A stretch of DNA of 64,000 bases. Source: Dimorphilus gyrociliatus (Eukaryota; Animalia; Annelida). The position numbers were made by a program, and so were the translations under genes. Location of the stretch: NCBI GenBank assembly GCA_904063045.1, contig CAJFCJ010000008.1, positions 1 to 64,000 of the forward strand, given 5' to 3'. Positions within the stretch are counted from its first letter, which is position 1. Each line of letters opens with the position of its first letter. The notes under the pieces are model-generated. The model was not told where the DNA came from. It searched no databases and saw only the letters and a program-made list of their open reading frames with translations. Below, in pieces: positions 13,105 to 28,697 of the stretch.

Positions 13105-14078
13105 GAGCAAGAGATATTCTTCTTCGTCGAAAGTGCTGCTTTAGAAGTGTGACAACCTTATGACTTTTGTTTTTCGTCAATATTACTAAGATATAGGTTT
13201 TATATTCAATTTAAGTTTGAATAAAATTAACAAATTGAGGTCCACATCTACTACAATTCTCAGTTGGTTCAAGTCTTTTTATATAATATATTATTTGCAA
13301 CGCAATCTGCTGAACACCAGAAAAATTCTTTATTGATTATAATCATGAAAACAATTTTTAATTTAGAAAATGGATTAATTAAGAGGATTTACTTGATCAG
13401 ATTACGGGCGATAGTCCTTTTTAGTAGCATTTTATTGCGGAGAAAAAATCAGTCTAGCAAATAACATTCCGCGCTTTAGATAACCAATCAGCTATTTTAA
13501 ATTCTCATTACGCAATTCGCTGAAACTTACCCGTGAAAATATTGCATTTACTCTTCTAAATCAGTAAAAAATGCATCAAAAGTTTTTTTCCCAAGCACGT
13601 AAATTTAATAAATAATTTCAGATATTTTGTACTTGTTCTTTAATGATAACTAATTTACACGTTAACTTTATATTCTATGTATTTTATAACAAAATTGATC
13701 CAATCAGACTCTAAAACATATTTATTTATCTCTACAAAAATTACAGTTATTAAGCCTTGGAAAATTTGTTAATAAACATAACTTACAGTTTTGTTGAAAA
13801 TAAGCAATTTCGAAGAACATTGTCCGGTTACCAGTGTAACCTTGACCTCTAAGTTTTTCTAACTCTTACAGAATATTAATAATAAATCACAAAAGGTTAA
13901 ATACATTTATTACTTCATCTTTGCGGATTAAAATATTTTTTAAAATTTCAAAGTCACCGTTATAATCAGAGCTGCCCACCCTTAATAATTTACTGCGAAC
14001 CTCCTAATTTCACCGCCATTACGTAGAGCTTTCCAATTTGAATACACAACTTACACAAGTATAGTCTATACTTCTGCA

Positions 14079-16329
14079 ATGGCATCAATTTTGCAACTGG
14101 AAGAATTTGCATTTATATGTGTTCTAAAAAACTTTAAAAATCTGCAAAAAAATCCATGCTTTCTTCAGTTTATTGAGGACGGAAAACTTTCTCCGGGAAT
14201 GTTTGAAAGATTATTCAATGGACTCAACAGTTTCTATGCTGGAATACCTGAAGACTTCTTAAAACTATTTACTAAATATAATTATTATTTAAATGAAGTG
14301 AGATTCAGTGATGAAAACATGCAAAGTAAAGAATCTCTGAAAATTCTGAAACAAATACATATCCAAAATTTGAACATTGAGTCTCTGAAATTGGTAACGC
14401 TTGAGGAACTAATGGATTATGTAAATGAAGATGAATTAAAAGGCCTATCAATTCATGGATGTAGATTTTTACCTGACAAAAAGCTTGTGGAGCAAGTTGA
14501 GGGACAAGCAGGAATTTCGTATCCTGAGTTTCTGAAGGATTATCCTTCTCTTAAAAATTTGACAAAATTGAATGTTCAATATACTTGCATGAAAAACATT
14601 CAGTTTTTTTTCATTACAAAAGAAATTCGCAGCTTGACAGATGTTAATATTAGCGGTACTTTCATTTCTGATATTCGCCTCTTGAAAAAACAAACCAATC
14701 TGCAATATCTTAACTGTTCTGATCTGAAATCCAGCGCTAAAAAGCATTTTATTCATCTGCATTGTCTGAAGAAACTTGAGCGTCTAAGGTTTGGCAATTG
14801 GTCTATGTACAAGCGTGGAGGAAGAATTTCTTGGTCAAACGAGATCAATTTACAAATTGCAAAGTTTTTGACCAGAGAAGAAAAAGTAGAATACATTGCA
14901 GTTCCAGAGCGATTTCGATCAAAGCATAGTTGGGATATTTCTGAATTTCTAACTTTAGCTGGTTGGAAAAATTTGAAATTTTTTGACTTGGTAGGAGATT
15001 GGGAACCCTCCTCGTCAAGTGTTCTGTAAATTACAAATAATATATTTAACTTGAATAATTTATAATCGCTTGTTCTTTCACAGAAAATTTATTACCAATC
15101 ATAGTAAACTAAAATATTTCGGGATACCATCAACATTGGATAGCGTTTCAATTAACTCCGATATAAGAAGAAACATTTCTGATTATGGTGTAAGTTTAAA
15201 TAGATTTTTTACGAAAAAGAAACCATTGAAAAATTTTTTTCAATATCTTAGGACATTCGCCGTTATGAAAGGATCCATGGAAGAAATGAAATGTCACTTT
15301 TGATATTATATGATGAGGAGGGCCACCCTGTCCATAATTGTGAACTAAGAGACGCTTACGATGCTAATGCATTTGTATTTGACAATTATGGAAATATTGC
15401 TATTCCTGATTTAGAGAAGTTTAAAAATAATTATTCCAGCGAAAAGAATTTAGAGCTTTGTGAAGTAGATTCTTTGTTTTTTCACGTAAACGTATATTTA
15501 CATTTATCTCTTTCTCTTAATAGCAACTAGCAGAGGAATTGTTATTTGAAAAATACATTTACTTTGGTTCTAAACTTATTTTTGGTGAAGCATGTCTAAA
15601 AATTCTCTGTTTGGATATTATGAAATCAGAACACTTTTTGACAATAATTGAGCTGATTGCTGAAACATATTTACATAGATATAACTATTTGACTGAACCT
15701 ATAGATTTTTTATTTATAGTAGTTCTTGAAAAATATAACAGCTATTTCAAAATGGTTAGTAAAATAAGATAAGTTTTTATAAGGATTTAATAATTATTGA
15801 TTTATTTTTTAATTTTCCAAAGGTATCGAACGTTAGCCTAATCTATCGGAGGATATTTACGGCACCTGAATCATACGGAACTTTTCAATCCTATTATAGT
15901 CTTATTTACTATTTAACAAGCTTTCTTAGTCAATTAGACTTTGCTAAAGTAAGTAATTTGAATGATGAAGAAAAATAAAGATATAAAATAAATAAATTCC
16001 AGATATCAAAGGAAGAATTAGTTGGCCTTTGTGGAGGAATGAAAAGGATACAGTTTTGGAAGAGAATAGATCAATGTGAAAAATTATACAAACGGTTTTA
16101 TATTATATTAATAAATATACTTAATGCCTGCAAAGAAAGATTTGGGTGGAATATGAGAAATTTGCCAAAATACTTTGATCCACTCATAAGAAAATCATCA
16201 GATAGATATTTTAATCAGCGTTTACACCAACAAATAGCCAAGTATAATAACTACGATGAACATGAATTCGATGAAGAGAGCCCATCTGAAAGTGAAGATT
16301 CTATTGATTTTCTGTTAAACTTATTTTAG
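14079..16329 (+). CDS. LRR array copy 1: putative ZER1/ZYG11-like BC-box/Cul2-box LRR protein, 649 aa
   Basis: Exons 14079-15025, 15084-15189, 15252-15464, 15524-15754, 15823-15948 and 16003-16329 total 1950 nt with no internal stop. LRR core LKNLTKLNVQYT..LTDVNISGTFISDIRLLKKQTNLQYLNCS; acidic tail. The gene model is solid; the family assignment is inference. Confidence 0.85.
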
Positions 16330-17025
16330 ATAAACGCTTAAAGTATATGAAAATATAGTTTCATTTTTTATAACGAAAAAGTGTTTTTTAGTATCTTAAC
16401 TTAGTATATATAGTTTCTCTTTACATCTTTCACGACTAAACGATACTTTAATGATCGTACTTTATCAAAATACCATAAAAGTTACTTTATTAAGTATTGT
16501 ACTACATAATACCCCATGTTTATATTGCTCTTTCTATTTACACATTCTATGGAAAAAATAAAAGATCACGATGAGTCGACGACTTCATTTTGAAAGTACT
16601 TCAATGGTGTCAAACTTTCAAAAAGGTAAAATATTCTTTTTTCTCATAATTATTTAAGAGATATGCAAATTAGTATGGAATATACATTAAATATTAAAAG
16701 CTGTATATTTCTACCGAAAAATAAAGTTTGAAAAATTTAACCATTAAAAACCAGTTTACAGTACTGCCATCTAAAATTCGGATACAGTTTTTCTTGTACA
16801 ATTAATAACAAAGAATAGGTAAAAAGGCAAATTATACAATTAATATACGATTAATATATTCTGCATCTAGCAGTAAAATAAAAAATTAATTTTAAGATAC
16901 TTTTTTATATTTTTTTAAGAGAAAAAAATTTTTTTAAACGGAAATGTCAACGGTAAATATTCAATTACAGGACCAGACTATTCTATTGATAGAACGTTCT
17001 TCATATAGAAGTTTGGTGTTTCGCA

Positions 17026-19283
17026 ATGCCGTTGGTTCTAAGATTTGAAGATCAGGTGTTTTACTACATTCTAAGAAATTTTAGGAGTCTGATGAAGAAT
17101 TTATCTTTTCTTCGTTTGATTAAAAATAAGACAATTCCACCTTCAATGTGCGATAGAATATTTAACGGACTAAATATTTTTTATGCTGGAATTCCTGGAG
17201 ATTTCTTAGAAATGTTCACCGTTGATAAAATACAATTAACTCATATAAGATTTGGCGATCAAAATATCAAGAATAAAAATTTCATGAAATTTTTAATAGA
17301 TCAAAAGCTCCAAAATCTTACTATTGAACCTCAGAAAATAATGGCGGTTGAAGAATTGTTGGGGTTAATAGACAGCGAACATTTAGAACAATTCGCTGCT
17401 CATTATTGTGAATTTTTACCGATGAACAAATTATGCAAAGAAAATCGAAAGAGACAACTAAAACATACGCGAAAGAAGAGTTTTGTATTTTCATGGCCAT
17501 TTCCTCCACTACGAAATTTAACTGTTTTAAATGTTTCGGAATCTCCGGTAGACAATCTTCAATTTTTTTTTATTACTAAAGAGTCTCAGCATTTGGTAGA
17601 TGTTAATATTTCTGCCACAAGTATTACTGACCTTCGACTCTTGAAAAAGCAAACAAAACTCCAATATCTCGATTGTTCTGGAATGAATTCTTCAATAGAA
17701 AAGAGTTATATTTATCTCCATTGTCTAAAAAATTTAAAATGTCTTACTTTTGGACAGTACTTTCCAAATAAATCAAAATTCAGGTTAACGTGGTTGAAAG
17801 AAGTCAATCCAGTGATACAGAAATATCTTACTGTAGAAGAATTAGAAGCCTATAGAGAAGTTCCTCAGCAATTTAAAACAAAGCGTAGTTGGAATATATC
17901 GCAATTCTTAAGACTTGCTCATTGGAAAGATATAACTTTTTTTGAGCTAATAGGAAAATGGAATCCCTCTCCGAGTAGCGTTAGGTAGGCAACATCTAAT
18001 TCCATAAAATTTTATAAAAAGTACATTTCATACTATCTCTGTCCAGTGAATTCATTAACAATCATCCTAAGCTTGAATTTATAAGCTTATCAAAAAATTT
18101 TCCAGAATGTTTAAATACAAGTTTAAAAGTCAAAAAGAAAAAGATGAAAGACATATTTGTGAGTATGAAAGTATTCTCTAAGATTTTTTATTGAACTAAA
18201 TTTTTAACCTCTTTAAACATATAGAATATTCATAACTACGAAAAAGTGTATGGCAGGAATGATATGTCGTTTAGAATCATCCACGATGACGATTCTTTTC
18301 CTATTGATCGTCTAAATATTGATGATATCGATATTATGTACCATTCAATAGATTTCCATGATGAAATTGTGCTTCCAAAAGTAAATGAGTATAAAAAGAA
18401 CTTTCCAAGAGAAAGACGGGAGGAATTTTGTCAAGTATCTAAATTATTATGTTTTTCATGTTTCTAATTTAACTTAATTTATTTCTTATCAAACAGTACC
18501 TTGCAAAAGAGTTAACTTTTGAGAAGTTCAGCTTTTCTGGTATTGAAAATCTTTTGAGCGATGAATGTCTATTAATTTACTGCCTTGATATTGAAAAGTC
18601 TGATCATTTTTTGACGATTATTACTCTGATAGCGGAAAAGTTTTTACAAGCTTATTCTTATATATCCAGTCCATTGGGATATATCTTCTTTGAAGTTCTT
18701 ACGAAATATCATCAATATTTCAAAATGGTTTGTAAAATGATGCAGATACTTGAGAGTGATTTAATATATCTTATTTTCCTAAGACAACTAACATCAGCCT
18801 TGTTTATAGGAAGCTATTTGAGGATCCTGATTTATATTTTTACGATTTTGCATATCAAGATCTGATGAGATGTTTAATAAAATTTATTGATCATTTAGAT
18901 CTTGATAAGGTGAGCAACTTACGACTTCGTTAAAACTACTGATAACTTGTATATTTTAGATGTCCGGAAAGGATCTAGCTGGTCTTTGCAGAGGTATAAG
19001 GGACATAAAGAAATGGTCCAGAACAGAGTTGTTCAATGACTTTATTCCTAAACTTCACGATACACTGCAAAAAGTTATTAAGCACTGTAAGAACAAGTTC
19101 GGATGGGATATGACAAAAGTAGAAAAAAGTATTGACTACATAACAGCATATTGCACTTCGGGAGCTATTCCTGAGCATGATGACGAGATGACTGATGATG
19201 ATGATGATGATGATGAAGCTATTTTAAATACCACTATGTGCACCACTGATAGTGACGATTGGGATGTAATTGAGACGAATTGA
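17026..19283 (+). CDS. LRR array copy 2, six exons
   Basis: Same exon phases as copy 1 and intact when spliced. N-terminus LRFEDQVFYYILRNF..IPPSMCDRIFNGL; tail ends DSDDWDVIETN. Confidence 0.85.
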
Positions 19284-19921
19284 ATATAGAAAATATATTT
19301 GTTTGTATGTTAAATGTTCATATAAGTTTTTATTTAAGGAATAGTAATTTTACCAGATAACATCTGCTGATGATTCTACACGTGTGTTTAAATCTATTAT
19401 AGTGCCAAAAACAATTTTTCTTTTAAGGTAATGACTGTGGTATTTGATAACATTTTTAAATATTTTATTTCTAAATACTATCTTATTTAATTCAATTCTA
19501 TTTGTTGAATTTCATTGTCATCGGAAGGTCATACACGTAACAAAATAGTTCGAACTACTTTAATTATTTTTTGAGCCATTGCGCATAGTCCTATAAGCTG
19601 AATATACGATTTAAACCAAAACTCAATGGAGTAGGTATAATCTGCACACTGGAAAATTAAGTTGTTTATTGCATTTCAAGACTAGGCGGAATTATTATCT
19701 CTGAAGTAGATTCTTTGAATAATTGAATAATTTTTAACAGGAATAAGTAAAATATTTATTTTTGTAATATGGAAAAGTCCATGTATATCCTAGTTTTCAA
19801 AAATATCTAATAACACAAATTAAATTTACTTGAAACTCCCTGATAGTTTAGTCCCTGCACGAATATTCCTACGCAAGAACGTTAAATAGTTCCACTTTGG
19901 TTATTTTTTGTATTAGGAAAA

Positions 19922-22134
19922 ATGGCTATGTTAACACTAGAAGACGAGGCATTTGTTTGCCTTCTACGAAACTTTAAAGACTTGCAGAATAATCATACAT
20001 TTCTTCAGCTCATTAAAAGTAGAAAAACTCCAGTATTCTTCTGCAATAAAATATTCAACGGATTAAATAATTTTTACGGTGGAATGCCAGAATCATTCCT
20101 TTCTTCATTCTCTAAAGATAATTTTCAGTTAAGTGATGTAAACTTCGGTGATCAGAATATTAAAGATAAGAAATCCTTCGAATTTTTAAAAGATCATAAT
20201 ATACAAAATTTGAGTGTTGAATTGGTTGGAGAGATATCAGCTGAAGAATTTATTACTTTCATTAACTGTGAAAGTTTAAAGAGATTTTCGGTAAGCGCAA
20301 ATAATTTTTTCCGCGATCCAGACGTTAGTGAAAAAAAACGAAATAGGAAAAGAAAACGTAAGAGCTTTCCCGTCAAGCCTGAATTCATACGGAGTTCACC
20401 TCCATTTCGAAACTTAACAGCACTAAATATACCTCATGCATTGGTAAATAATATTCAGTTTTATCATATTACACGGGAAGTATTGCAGTTGGAATTATTA
20501 AACATCTCTGGGACACTTATAACGGATATACGTCTTTTGAAACGGCATAAAAATATGTACCATCTCGATTGTTCTGAACTGCAGGAAAGTTGCTATAAGC
20601 ATTACATTCATCTTCATTCCTTGAAGAAATTGCAACATTTATATTTGGGTAATTCAACTAAAAAAACAATTGACTTATCTTTTGGTTGGTCAGACAATAT
20701 ATGTGCATCATTATGCAGTCTTCTCAGCGAAAATGAACTTGAAGAGTATAAGGAGGTTCCTATCCAATTTCGTTCAAAAAACAATTGGGATATTTCAAGT
20801 TTCTTAGAGTTAGCCGATTGGAAAGATCTGACAATTTTTGCTATACTAGGAAAATGGAATCCCTCAAACAAAAGTATTTGGTAATCTATAAATTTTCTAA
20901 ATGTTTATCCTCAATAACTAAGAGATTTTTATTTTGATAGCAATTTCGTTAAGAATCATCCTAGGCTGGGATATTGTCAGTTTATAGATCAGTCAACGTC
21001 CTTTCTTGAATCAGATAATGCAGACGTTGACGTTCTTGCACGATTAAGTGTAGGTTATATACTTTTTATAATAAAAATATTGTTTAATGGTTGTATCTTT
21101 TCTATAGGATCTACATAGCTATGAAAGAGTTTATGGAAGGAATGATATCTCATTCAAAATTACTAATGCTATTGGCTTTTTGCCCGACAGTATCCTGTCA
21201 ATAGAAAAAGATAATGAACTTCAGGATGATTTTCACGAAGCTTTTATAGAACCAAAGGTAGATGAATATATAAAAGAGTTTTCTAAAGAAAATCATTGGC
21301 AACTTAGTAGAGTAAGTATAGTATTCCTCTTTTTTATTGCTCAAATTATCAGTTACTCATCCTAGCTCCTACTTGACAAATTGGAATTTGAAAAATTTAG
21401 TAACTTTTATTCAGAAAGTGGTTTTGGCCAAACTTGCCTTAATATTCTTTCTGTAGATATAGAAAACTCAGACTGTTTCTTTCAAATCATTCAAGTGATT
21501 GCTGAAACGTTTTTAAAAAGATTCTTTTATATTTGCTGTCCGATTGATTATCTCTTTTTGGAAATTCTAGAAAAATATCACAAATACTTCAAAAAGGTTT
21601 TAGCAAAAATTCCTCATCAACTTCCATTAATTCTTTCTATTTTTTTTAAAGGCAACAAACATTTGTCTTATTTACAAGAGAATATTTGTTAGACCTGATT
21701 TAATCGACTATACTTTTGGATACTATAGTCTTATTAAAGGTTTAACGAAATTCCTGGAAAATTTGGATTATGAAAATGTCGGTAATTTTTATTTTGAAAA
21801 CAGAAGAATAAAATAACTTTACCACTTACTTTAGATGTCAGAGATAGAAATGTACAGTCTATGCAAAGGTACTAAAAGAATAAAGCACTGGAAACAATGG
21901 AATGAATGCGAAGCGATAACCCAGAACCTTTATGTTGCTATATTAGCAATTATAAATTATTGCAATAAAAAATTTGGCTGGGATATGAAAAATATTGTAA
22001 AGAGTATTAGACCACTTCGCAGACGATTTGACAGCGAATGCTGTGGTCTTTGCGAGTACTTTTCAGATGATGATGAGGATAGCGTAAGAAAAAATAGTTT
22101 GTTTAGTTACGAGACAGCTTCAGAGAGTGAGTAG
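19922..22134 (+). CDS. LRR array copy 3, six exons
   Basis: Intact when spliced. LTLEDEAFVCLLRNF; basic insert KKRNRKRKRK; the exon 5 donor is GTCGGT at 21778. Confidence 0.85.
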
Positions 22135-22950
22135 CATCTAAAAGATACGAATAAGATGTATGAATATAAGTTTAGATTGTCTAATCAGTTGAAATAAATA
22201 GAAATTTTTACATTTTCTTATAATTTTATAGATTTATTTTCATACATTTAGATACATATGAACAATCTAAATCATTCAATTTGAAAAATATATACAGTAT
22301 ATATATATGTTTATTCTAAAGCAATGACGTTGAATAAAAGTTGTTTATACATACGATTCATTTCATATTTGGCGCTTTGTGTAAAAAACAATTTGTCAAC
22401 TCTAAAAGATACATAACTCAACTTTTTTCGTCATCTCTTTTTTGGGCAATTCTTAGGTTGCACTATAGTTTTACATAACAATTAGATAACAATGACGGAG
22501 CGAGTATCGGTAATCTACTTACGATCAGAGCTACTTTAGAAGTTTTATTCATTTATTACTTAACTGTAAAGTAAAGTTTGCTCATTATAATTGAAGTTTT
22601 CCTTATTTCTTTAGTTTTAAATGATAACGAGCAACCTTCGAATTGCCTCAAAAGCGAAAGAAAAATAGTTGGTTAATATATCCTCTAGTGTGCCCCAATA
22701 TCTATTGCCCAGTTAATTTATACTTCCGCTTCCGCAATACTATTTGAAGGAATATCAACGTAAAAAACAACAAATTTGTATGTTATAAGAGTAAGCTTAA
22801 TTAATTAAAATTGTTCAAATCAAATATTTGAAATATTTCTTTTAGCTACATCGTTTATTTTTGTTATTCAAGGCTTAATCAACTCGTTTCGTTAGTAAAT
22901 ATTATTTACTGGCCATTGAATTTAGCCTAATATGTTGCGCCTTTTTCAGG

Positions 22951-25203
22951 ATGGCCATAATCCTGAGACTTGAAGACCAAGTCTTTTATTACATTTTAAG
23001 AAATTTTGGTTATCTAAAAGATAAAACCATATTTCTCAAATTGTTTAAATTGAAAAATATCTCACCAATGATGTGTGAAAAAATATTTAATGGACTGAAT
23101 ACTTTTTATGCTGGAATGCCAAGGAATATCTTCGAAGCTTTCACTACTAAGAGTATTCCTTTAAAGAATGTAATTCTATGTGACGAAAATCTTGATCATA
23201 AAACTTGTAGAAAGTTCTTAAAGAGGCATAAATTTCAAAGTTTAAAAATTCAATTGCTGAAGCATATTTCAGTGGAAGAGTTAGTTGAACTAGTGGACAA
23301 TAATGAATTAAGAGTATTGGGTATTCATAATTGCTCATATATACAAAAAAGTGAGCTGAATTCTAATTTGAAAGGGAAGAAAGATATTGTTGAAAAGTTA
23401 AATCTTAGATTTTTGAAGAATCCACCTCAGCTAAGAAATTTAACTGTATTAAATATATCAAATACAAGCATTGATGATATTCATTTTTATTGCCTTACAA
23501 GAGAAGTATATCATTTAGAAGATGTGAATATAGCTGAAACTCATATTACAGACCTAAGACTGTTAAAAAAACAAGAAAATCTTCAATATCTCGATTGTAC
23601 CGAATTGAGTTCTGATGTTGGTAATAGCTATATTCATTTACATTGTCTTACGAGACTAAAACGATTGAGATTCGGCAATGCTAATCAAGCAAAAACCAAT
23701 CTAAAATTGGCTTGGTCACATGAAATCCATCCGTTAATTATGAGCTATTTAAATGAAAACCAAATAAAGCAGTATAAAGGAGTTCCCGATCAATTTCGTT
23801 CGAAATGTAACTGGGATATTTCAGCTTTCCTAGAATTAGCAGACTGGAAAGATTTATTGTTTTTTGACCTATGCGGATCTTGGGCACCATCTCCAAAAAG
23901 CGTATGGTAGATCATTTACAATTGTTCATTAAGTAAACTAAATTAGTATGTAAATGGTATTTTAATTTTCTATAGTGATTTCATCCAGAGACATGGTGAA
24001 CTTCGATTTATAAAGCTGTCTGAAGACTTTCCAGATATTCTATATAGGTCTATAGATTTCTATAGAACTCTCAAGGATCTATTTGTAAGTTGAACAGTTA
24101 ATCAGAACAGTATTCTTTATTGATTTAATAATAAAAATATTTAGGATATACATCACTATGAAAGGATCTATGGAAGAAATGAGATGTCGTTTCGAATTCT
24201 GTTCGACGATCAAACTTATCCGGTTGATCCTTTCGAGGTTGAAGGAGCCGGTAGTGCTTTTGATGACTTTCCTACAGATTATCACGAAACTGTTGTTATT
24301 CCAAAAATAATTGAATTTAGAGAGAGCTTTCCAAAGAAGAGTCGGCTGGAATTATGTCAAGTAAGATATTCAATTGGCGTTATTAACACCAATAACTAAT
24401 TATAAGCTTTATTAGTATTTAACAGATGAGATGATGCTCGAAAAGTTTAATTCAGACTATTCGGAGTATCCTTTGGGTGAAAAGTGCCTACAAATTCTTT
24501 GTATGAATATTGAAAGATCGAGCCATTTCTTAACATTAATAACGTCGATTGCCGAAAAATTCTTGCAAAAATCATCGTATATTGGCGGTCCAATAGATTA
24601 TACGTTTATAGATGTTCTAACTAAATATCATAGATACTTTAGACTGGTTTGTAGTATTATTACTTAATTAATTTTTATTCACTATTTCATTAATAAAAGG
24701 TTACGAATATAAAAGAAATTTATGAGAGACTCTTTACTGAGCCTGATACGCATGTTTACGGTTATGGATATTATTGTCTTATTAAAAGTTTAATATGTTT
24801 TCTTGAAGAGTTGAATATTAAAGAAGTATATTAATCTTATTTACAAATAATTGTTATCATAATATTCTAAAAATATCGATTTCAGATGCCAAAAGATGAG
24901 CTTCGCAGTTTGTGTAAAGGTATCAACAAGACTAAATCGTGGAAACAGTGGGCTGAATGTCAAGAATTAAGCGAGAGACTCCACTTTCTTATCATCAACA
25001 TTATTAGTTTTTGTAAGAAACTCGGTTGGAATATGAAACAGTTAGAGAAGAATATTAAGCCGCTTACACGAAAATTTGAAAAGAGAGGTTCTTTCTATGT
25101 TCAATATTATCCGGGTGAAGAACGTGGTTTGGATGAAGAAATTGAGTCCGATGAAGAATGTGAAACTTACACTGATAACGAAGATTGGGATGTGCATAAA
25201 TAA
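22951..25203 (+). CDS. LRR array copy 4, six exons
   Basis: Intact when spliced. LRLEDQVFYYILRNF..ISPMMCEKIFNGL; tail ends DNEDWDVHK. Confidence 0.85.
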
Positions 25204-25478
25204 CTTTTGTTAAAGTAATAGTAATAATATTAATAATTGTAATGATATAAATATTGATTATTGACAGAATTAATAAATAACTAGCACGAAAATAATAAAA
25301 ATTTAGAAAATTTGTATTGTTTATTAGTATCTTAATCTAATTACAAAAAATACTAAAATATGCAGTACATATGTAAACAAATTAATATTTTATGTTTTTC
25401 TTAATTTATGGCATTTTTCAACGTTTTAGCCAAATTTTTTTGGATATAAAACTTCAAAACCGTATTTTACCTTTTTAT

Positions 25479-25536
25479 CGGAAATGACTACACTTAAAAG
25501 TTTAGTCCGGAACTAGTTATTCCCGCCATTACGTAG
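25479..25536 (+). promoter_or_regulatory. Conserved promoter cassette of the LRR array (copy 5 instance)
   Basis: CGGAAATGACTACACTTAAAAGTTTAGTCC (25479-25508) matches 28602-28631 at 26/30 and 34985-35014 at 21/30. CCCGCCATTACGTAG (25522-25536) recurs with small variants at 14012, 32033 and 35021. Confidence 0.7.
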
Positions 25537-25576
25537 TAGTCCTTCGTCATTGTTTACTGCTTAACAAAAGTTGGTT

Positions 25577-27843
25577 ATGGATGCCATGTTATCTTTAGAA
25601 GATTTGGTTTTTTACTGCATAATTAGAAACTTTGAAGACTTGAAAGATAATCCTTTTTTCTTGAAACGCCTACGGCAAAAAATCATTCCGCCAGCTATCT
25701 GTAACAAATTGTTTAACGGATTGAATAGCTTTTATGGAGGAATTCCAGAAGTTTTCGTTGAAGCTTTTACCTCCAATAATTTTCAATTAAACAGTGTAAC
25801 GTTTAGTGATAGAAATATTGATGATGAAAAATGCATTGAAATTTTCAAAGATCACGAGATTAAGCATCTTAATCTGTTTCAATTGGGTTTGTTAACTGTG
25901 GAAGATTTTTTTGAATTTGTTGATTTTCAAAAATTAGAATCTTTATCGATTAATTACTGTCAAGCTTTATCATGCAAGCAATCGTTTACAAAACCAAGAA
26001 AGACTGAAACAGATGAACAGCCTGATACATCGTTCGTGAATTTTCTGGTAAAGTCTCCTCCTCTACACAACCTGACAAAATTAGACGTATCAAATACAAA
26101 GATAAAAGATATTCAATTTTACTTCATTACTAGAAAAGCTGAATTTTTGGAGGATATTAATATATCTGATACATATATAACTGATCTTCGATTGTTGAAA
26201 AAACAATCAAATCTTCAATATCTAGATTGTTCACAACTCAGCAGACTTGCAAGCCGCCAATACATACATCTTCATTGTTTGACGAAATTGAAACAATTGC
26301 GTTTTGGTTTCCATTCAAAGAAAATAGCAAAACTTCGATTGGGTTGGAATACTGAAATTAATCCTCTTTACAAAGATTTAATTAGTAAAGATGATTTAGA
26401 AGATTTTATTAGCGTTCCTGACGCATTCAAATGCAGACAATTTTGGAATATTTCAGAGTTTTTAGTATTGGCTGACTGGAAAGATTTGACCTTTTTCGAT
26501 TTAGTTGGAAGATTTGAACCTTCTGATAAAAGTATTTGGTAAGAATCATTAGATTAATTAAAATTACAAGTGTTTAATAGAATTAATGTTTTTTTAGCCA
26601 CTTTATAAGACAGCATGATAAACTGCTATATTTTGGGACACGTTACGATGAGTTAGATATTGACCGGCTGTCTTTGGAAACTAATAGAAATTTAAGAAAG
26701 TTAATGGTATGTCAACAACAAACAATTGTAATAAGGAATTAATATATTCTTTTTGTATTACTATATTAGGATATTAATTACTATGAGAGAAAGTTGAGCA
26801 GAAGCGAAATGTCATTTAGGGCATTGTATTCGAATTATACTCCATCGAAAAATCCGTTCAAACTATCGTATTTTGAACACGATATGGAAACAACCGAAAT
26901 TGTTTTTAAGCATGTTGTAATCCGTAAAGTGAATGAATACAAGCAGAACATTCCTAAATTGAAGAACTTGAGACTCTGTCAAGTAAATCGTATTAATTAA
27001 TTTTAATCTATTTATCCCTTATTTAATATTCATATTTTTATAGATACTTGCTGATGAACTTGTCCATTCGAATCGTTACCTAAGTTCTTTGAACTTTGAC
27101 CTAGGTAACGCATGCTTAAAAATTCTTTGCTTGGATATTGACAAATCAGAGTATTTTTTTACAATACTTTCGCAAATTGCTCAGATATTCTTACGCAAAG
27201 ATTTCCGTTTTGCAAGCTCCATACATTTTACTTTTATAGAAGTTTTGGCAAAGTATAAAAAATCTTTCAGAACGGTTTGTACAATTGATCTTTTTTTGCT
27301 TATTCAGCTCATTTGTTGATTATATATTTAGGTAACAAACATCAACTATATTTATAAGAAAATATTCAAAATTCCATGTTTGAAGAACAATGAAGGATAT
27401 TATCTTTATTATAGTTTCTTTGCGTTTATAAAAAGTTTGATCAAGTTTCTCGAAGATATGGATATTGAAAGTGTAAGCGGAATTTGGGAAGAGGGAAAGA
27501 GAATAATTTTGAATAATAAACATCTTCTTTTCAGATGTCGCCAAAGGAATTAAAATATCTTTGCTTAGGTATGAAGAATATAGCGAAATGGAGAGAGTGG
27601 GAGGGATGCGAAGATCTTATTAGGAGACTTCGCACTGTTGTTTCCAAGATATACAACTATTGCTCACAGAAATTTAATTGGAATATATCATCCTTAAACT
27701 ATGAATCAACCCCATTTAAACGAAAGTTTATTCTTAGGGGTATTCAACAGTGGACAACCGAAAGTGGAGAAGAGTACGATGATGAATTCTCATGTCTGGA
27801 GCAAAGTTCTAGTGAAGATGATGACTGGAGCACGGAAAAGTAA
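25577..27843 (+). CDS. LRR array copy 5, six exons
   Basis: First true ATG at 25577 (the ORF track starts at a TTG). SLEDLVFYCIIRNF..IPPAICNKLFNGL; intact when spliced; tail EDDDWSTEK. Confidence 0.85.
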
Positions 27844-28697
27844 TTTGTCGTTTACATTCAATATTATAGTGTATTATTTTATTGTTTTGAATTATATTTT
27901 GAAATTAATTGTGTCATATTGATCAGTTTTCCATTGTAGGTTGTAGACGTATTATGCAATTAATTCAATTTTTCTATTCAAAATTTATAAAATTTTCTCA
28001 AATATCATAAATAAACAACATTTTAGATATTCTAATGTTACTTTACGCAAAAAATATTCATTTTTTCATTCTATTCAGCACTTTTCTTTTCTTTTTTAGG
28101 AAATTTCCTTTATTATCAACTATTTTCTATTGTTGTTGAGCAATAAATGCTTAATTTATTAAAATATTTCACAGATAATAATTAATATTTAAAAAGTTGA
28201 ACAACAGCCATTTTGTTTAACGAGATTTTTCGAAAACTTCGTCACAACTTTCAAGGATTCTTCCGAGAATCCAAAAAATTTATCTGCATCAAAAACAATA
28301 TATAAATATTTTATTTAAAAAGATAGAAAGGAAAATAAAATATTAATAATTTATAGAATGTTCGGTAATTTTAAGTGAACTTTTTCTGTTGAGTACTTTA
28401 CATCACTAATGCCACCTATTTAAAAAAAGTTCCAGTTGTTGTCTAAAGTTTTATATATAGATATATGTTTTTTTTGCATTAATAAATTAAGTATAAATAC
28501 ATTTTTTTAATTTATAAAAAGTTAACAAAATAATAGAATTTAATTATTTATGTATCTTTTGTATTGTTTTATTGTAATATTATCTAATTAGCGGTTTTGA
28601 TCGGAAAAGACTACACCTAACATTTTAGTCCGCGACACCTACGAATCAAGGCACTTTTTTAGAACACGTCATGAGGTATGTATTAATTACCTAAAAC

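Noticed and set aside
16588-16623. 10-bp inverted repeat TTTTGAAAGT...ACTTTCAAAA
   Set aside because: It is a single AT-rich copy, within chance expectation, with no TSD or family.
21652-21777. Suspected premature stop making copy 3 a pseudogene
   Set aside because: Careful re-reading gives an open 42-codon exon, the same length as in copy 1.
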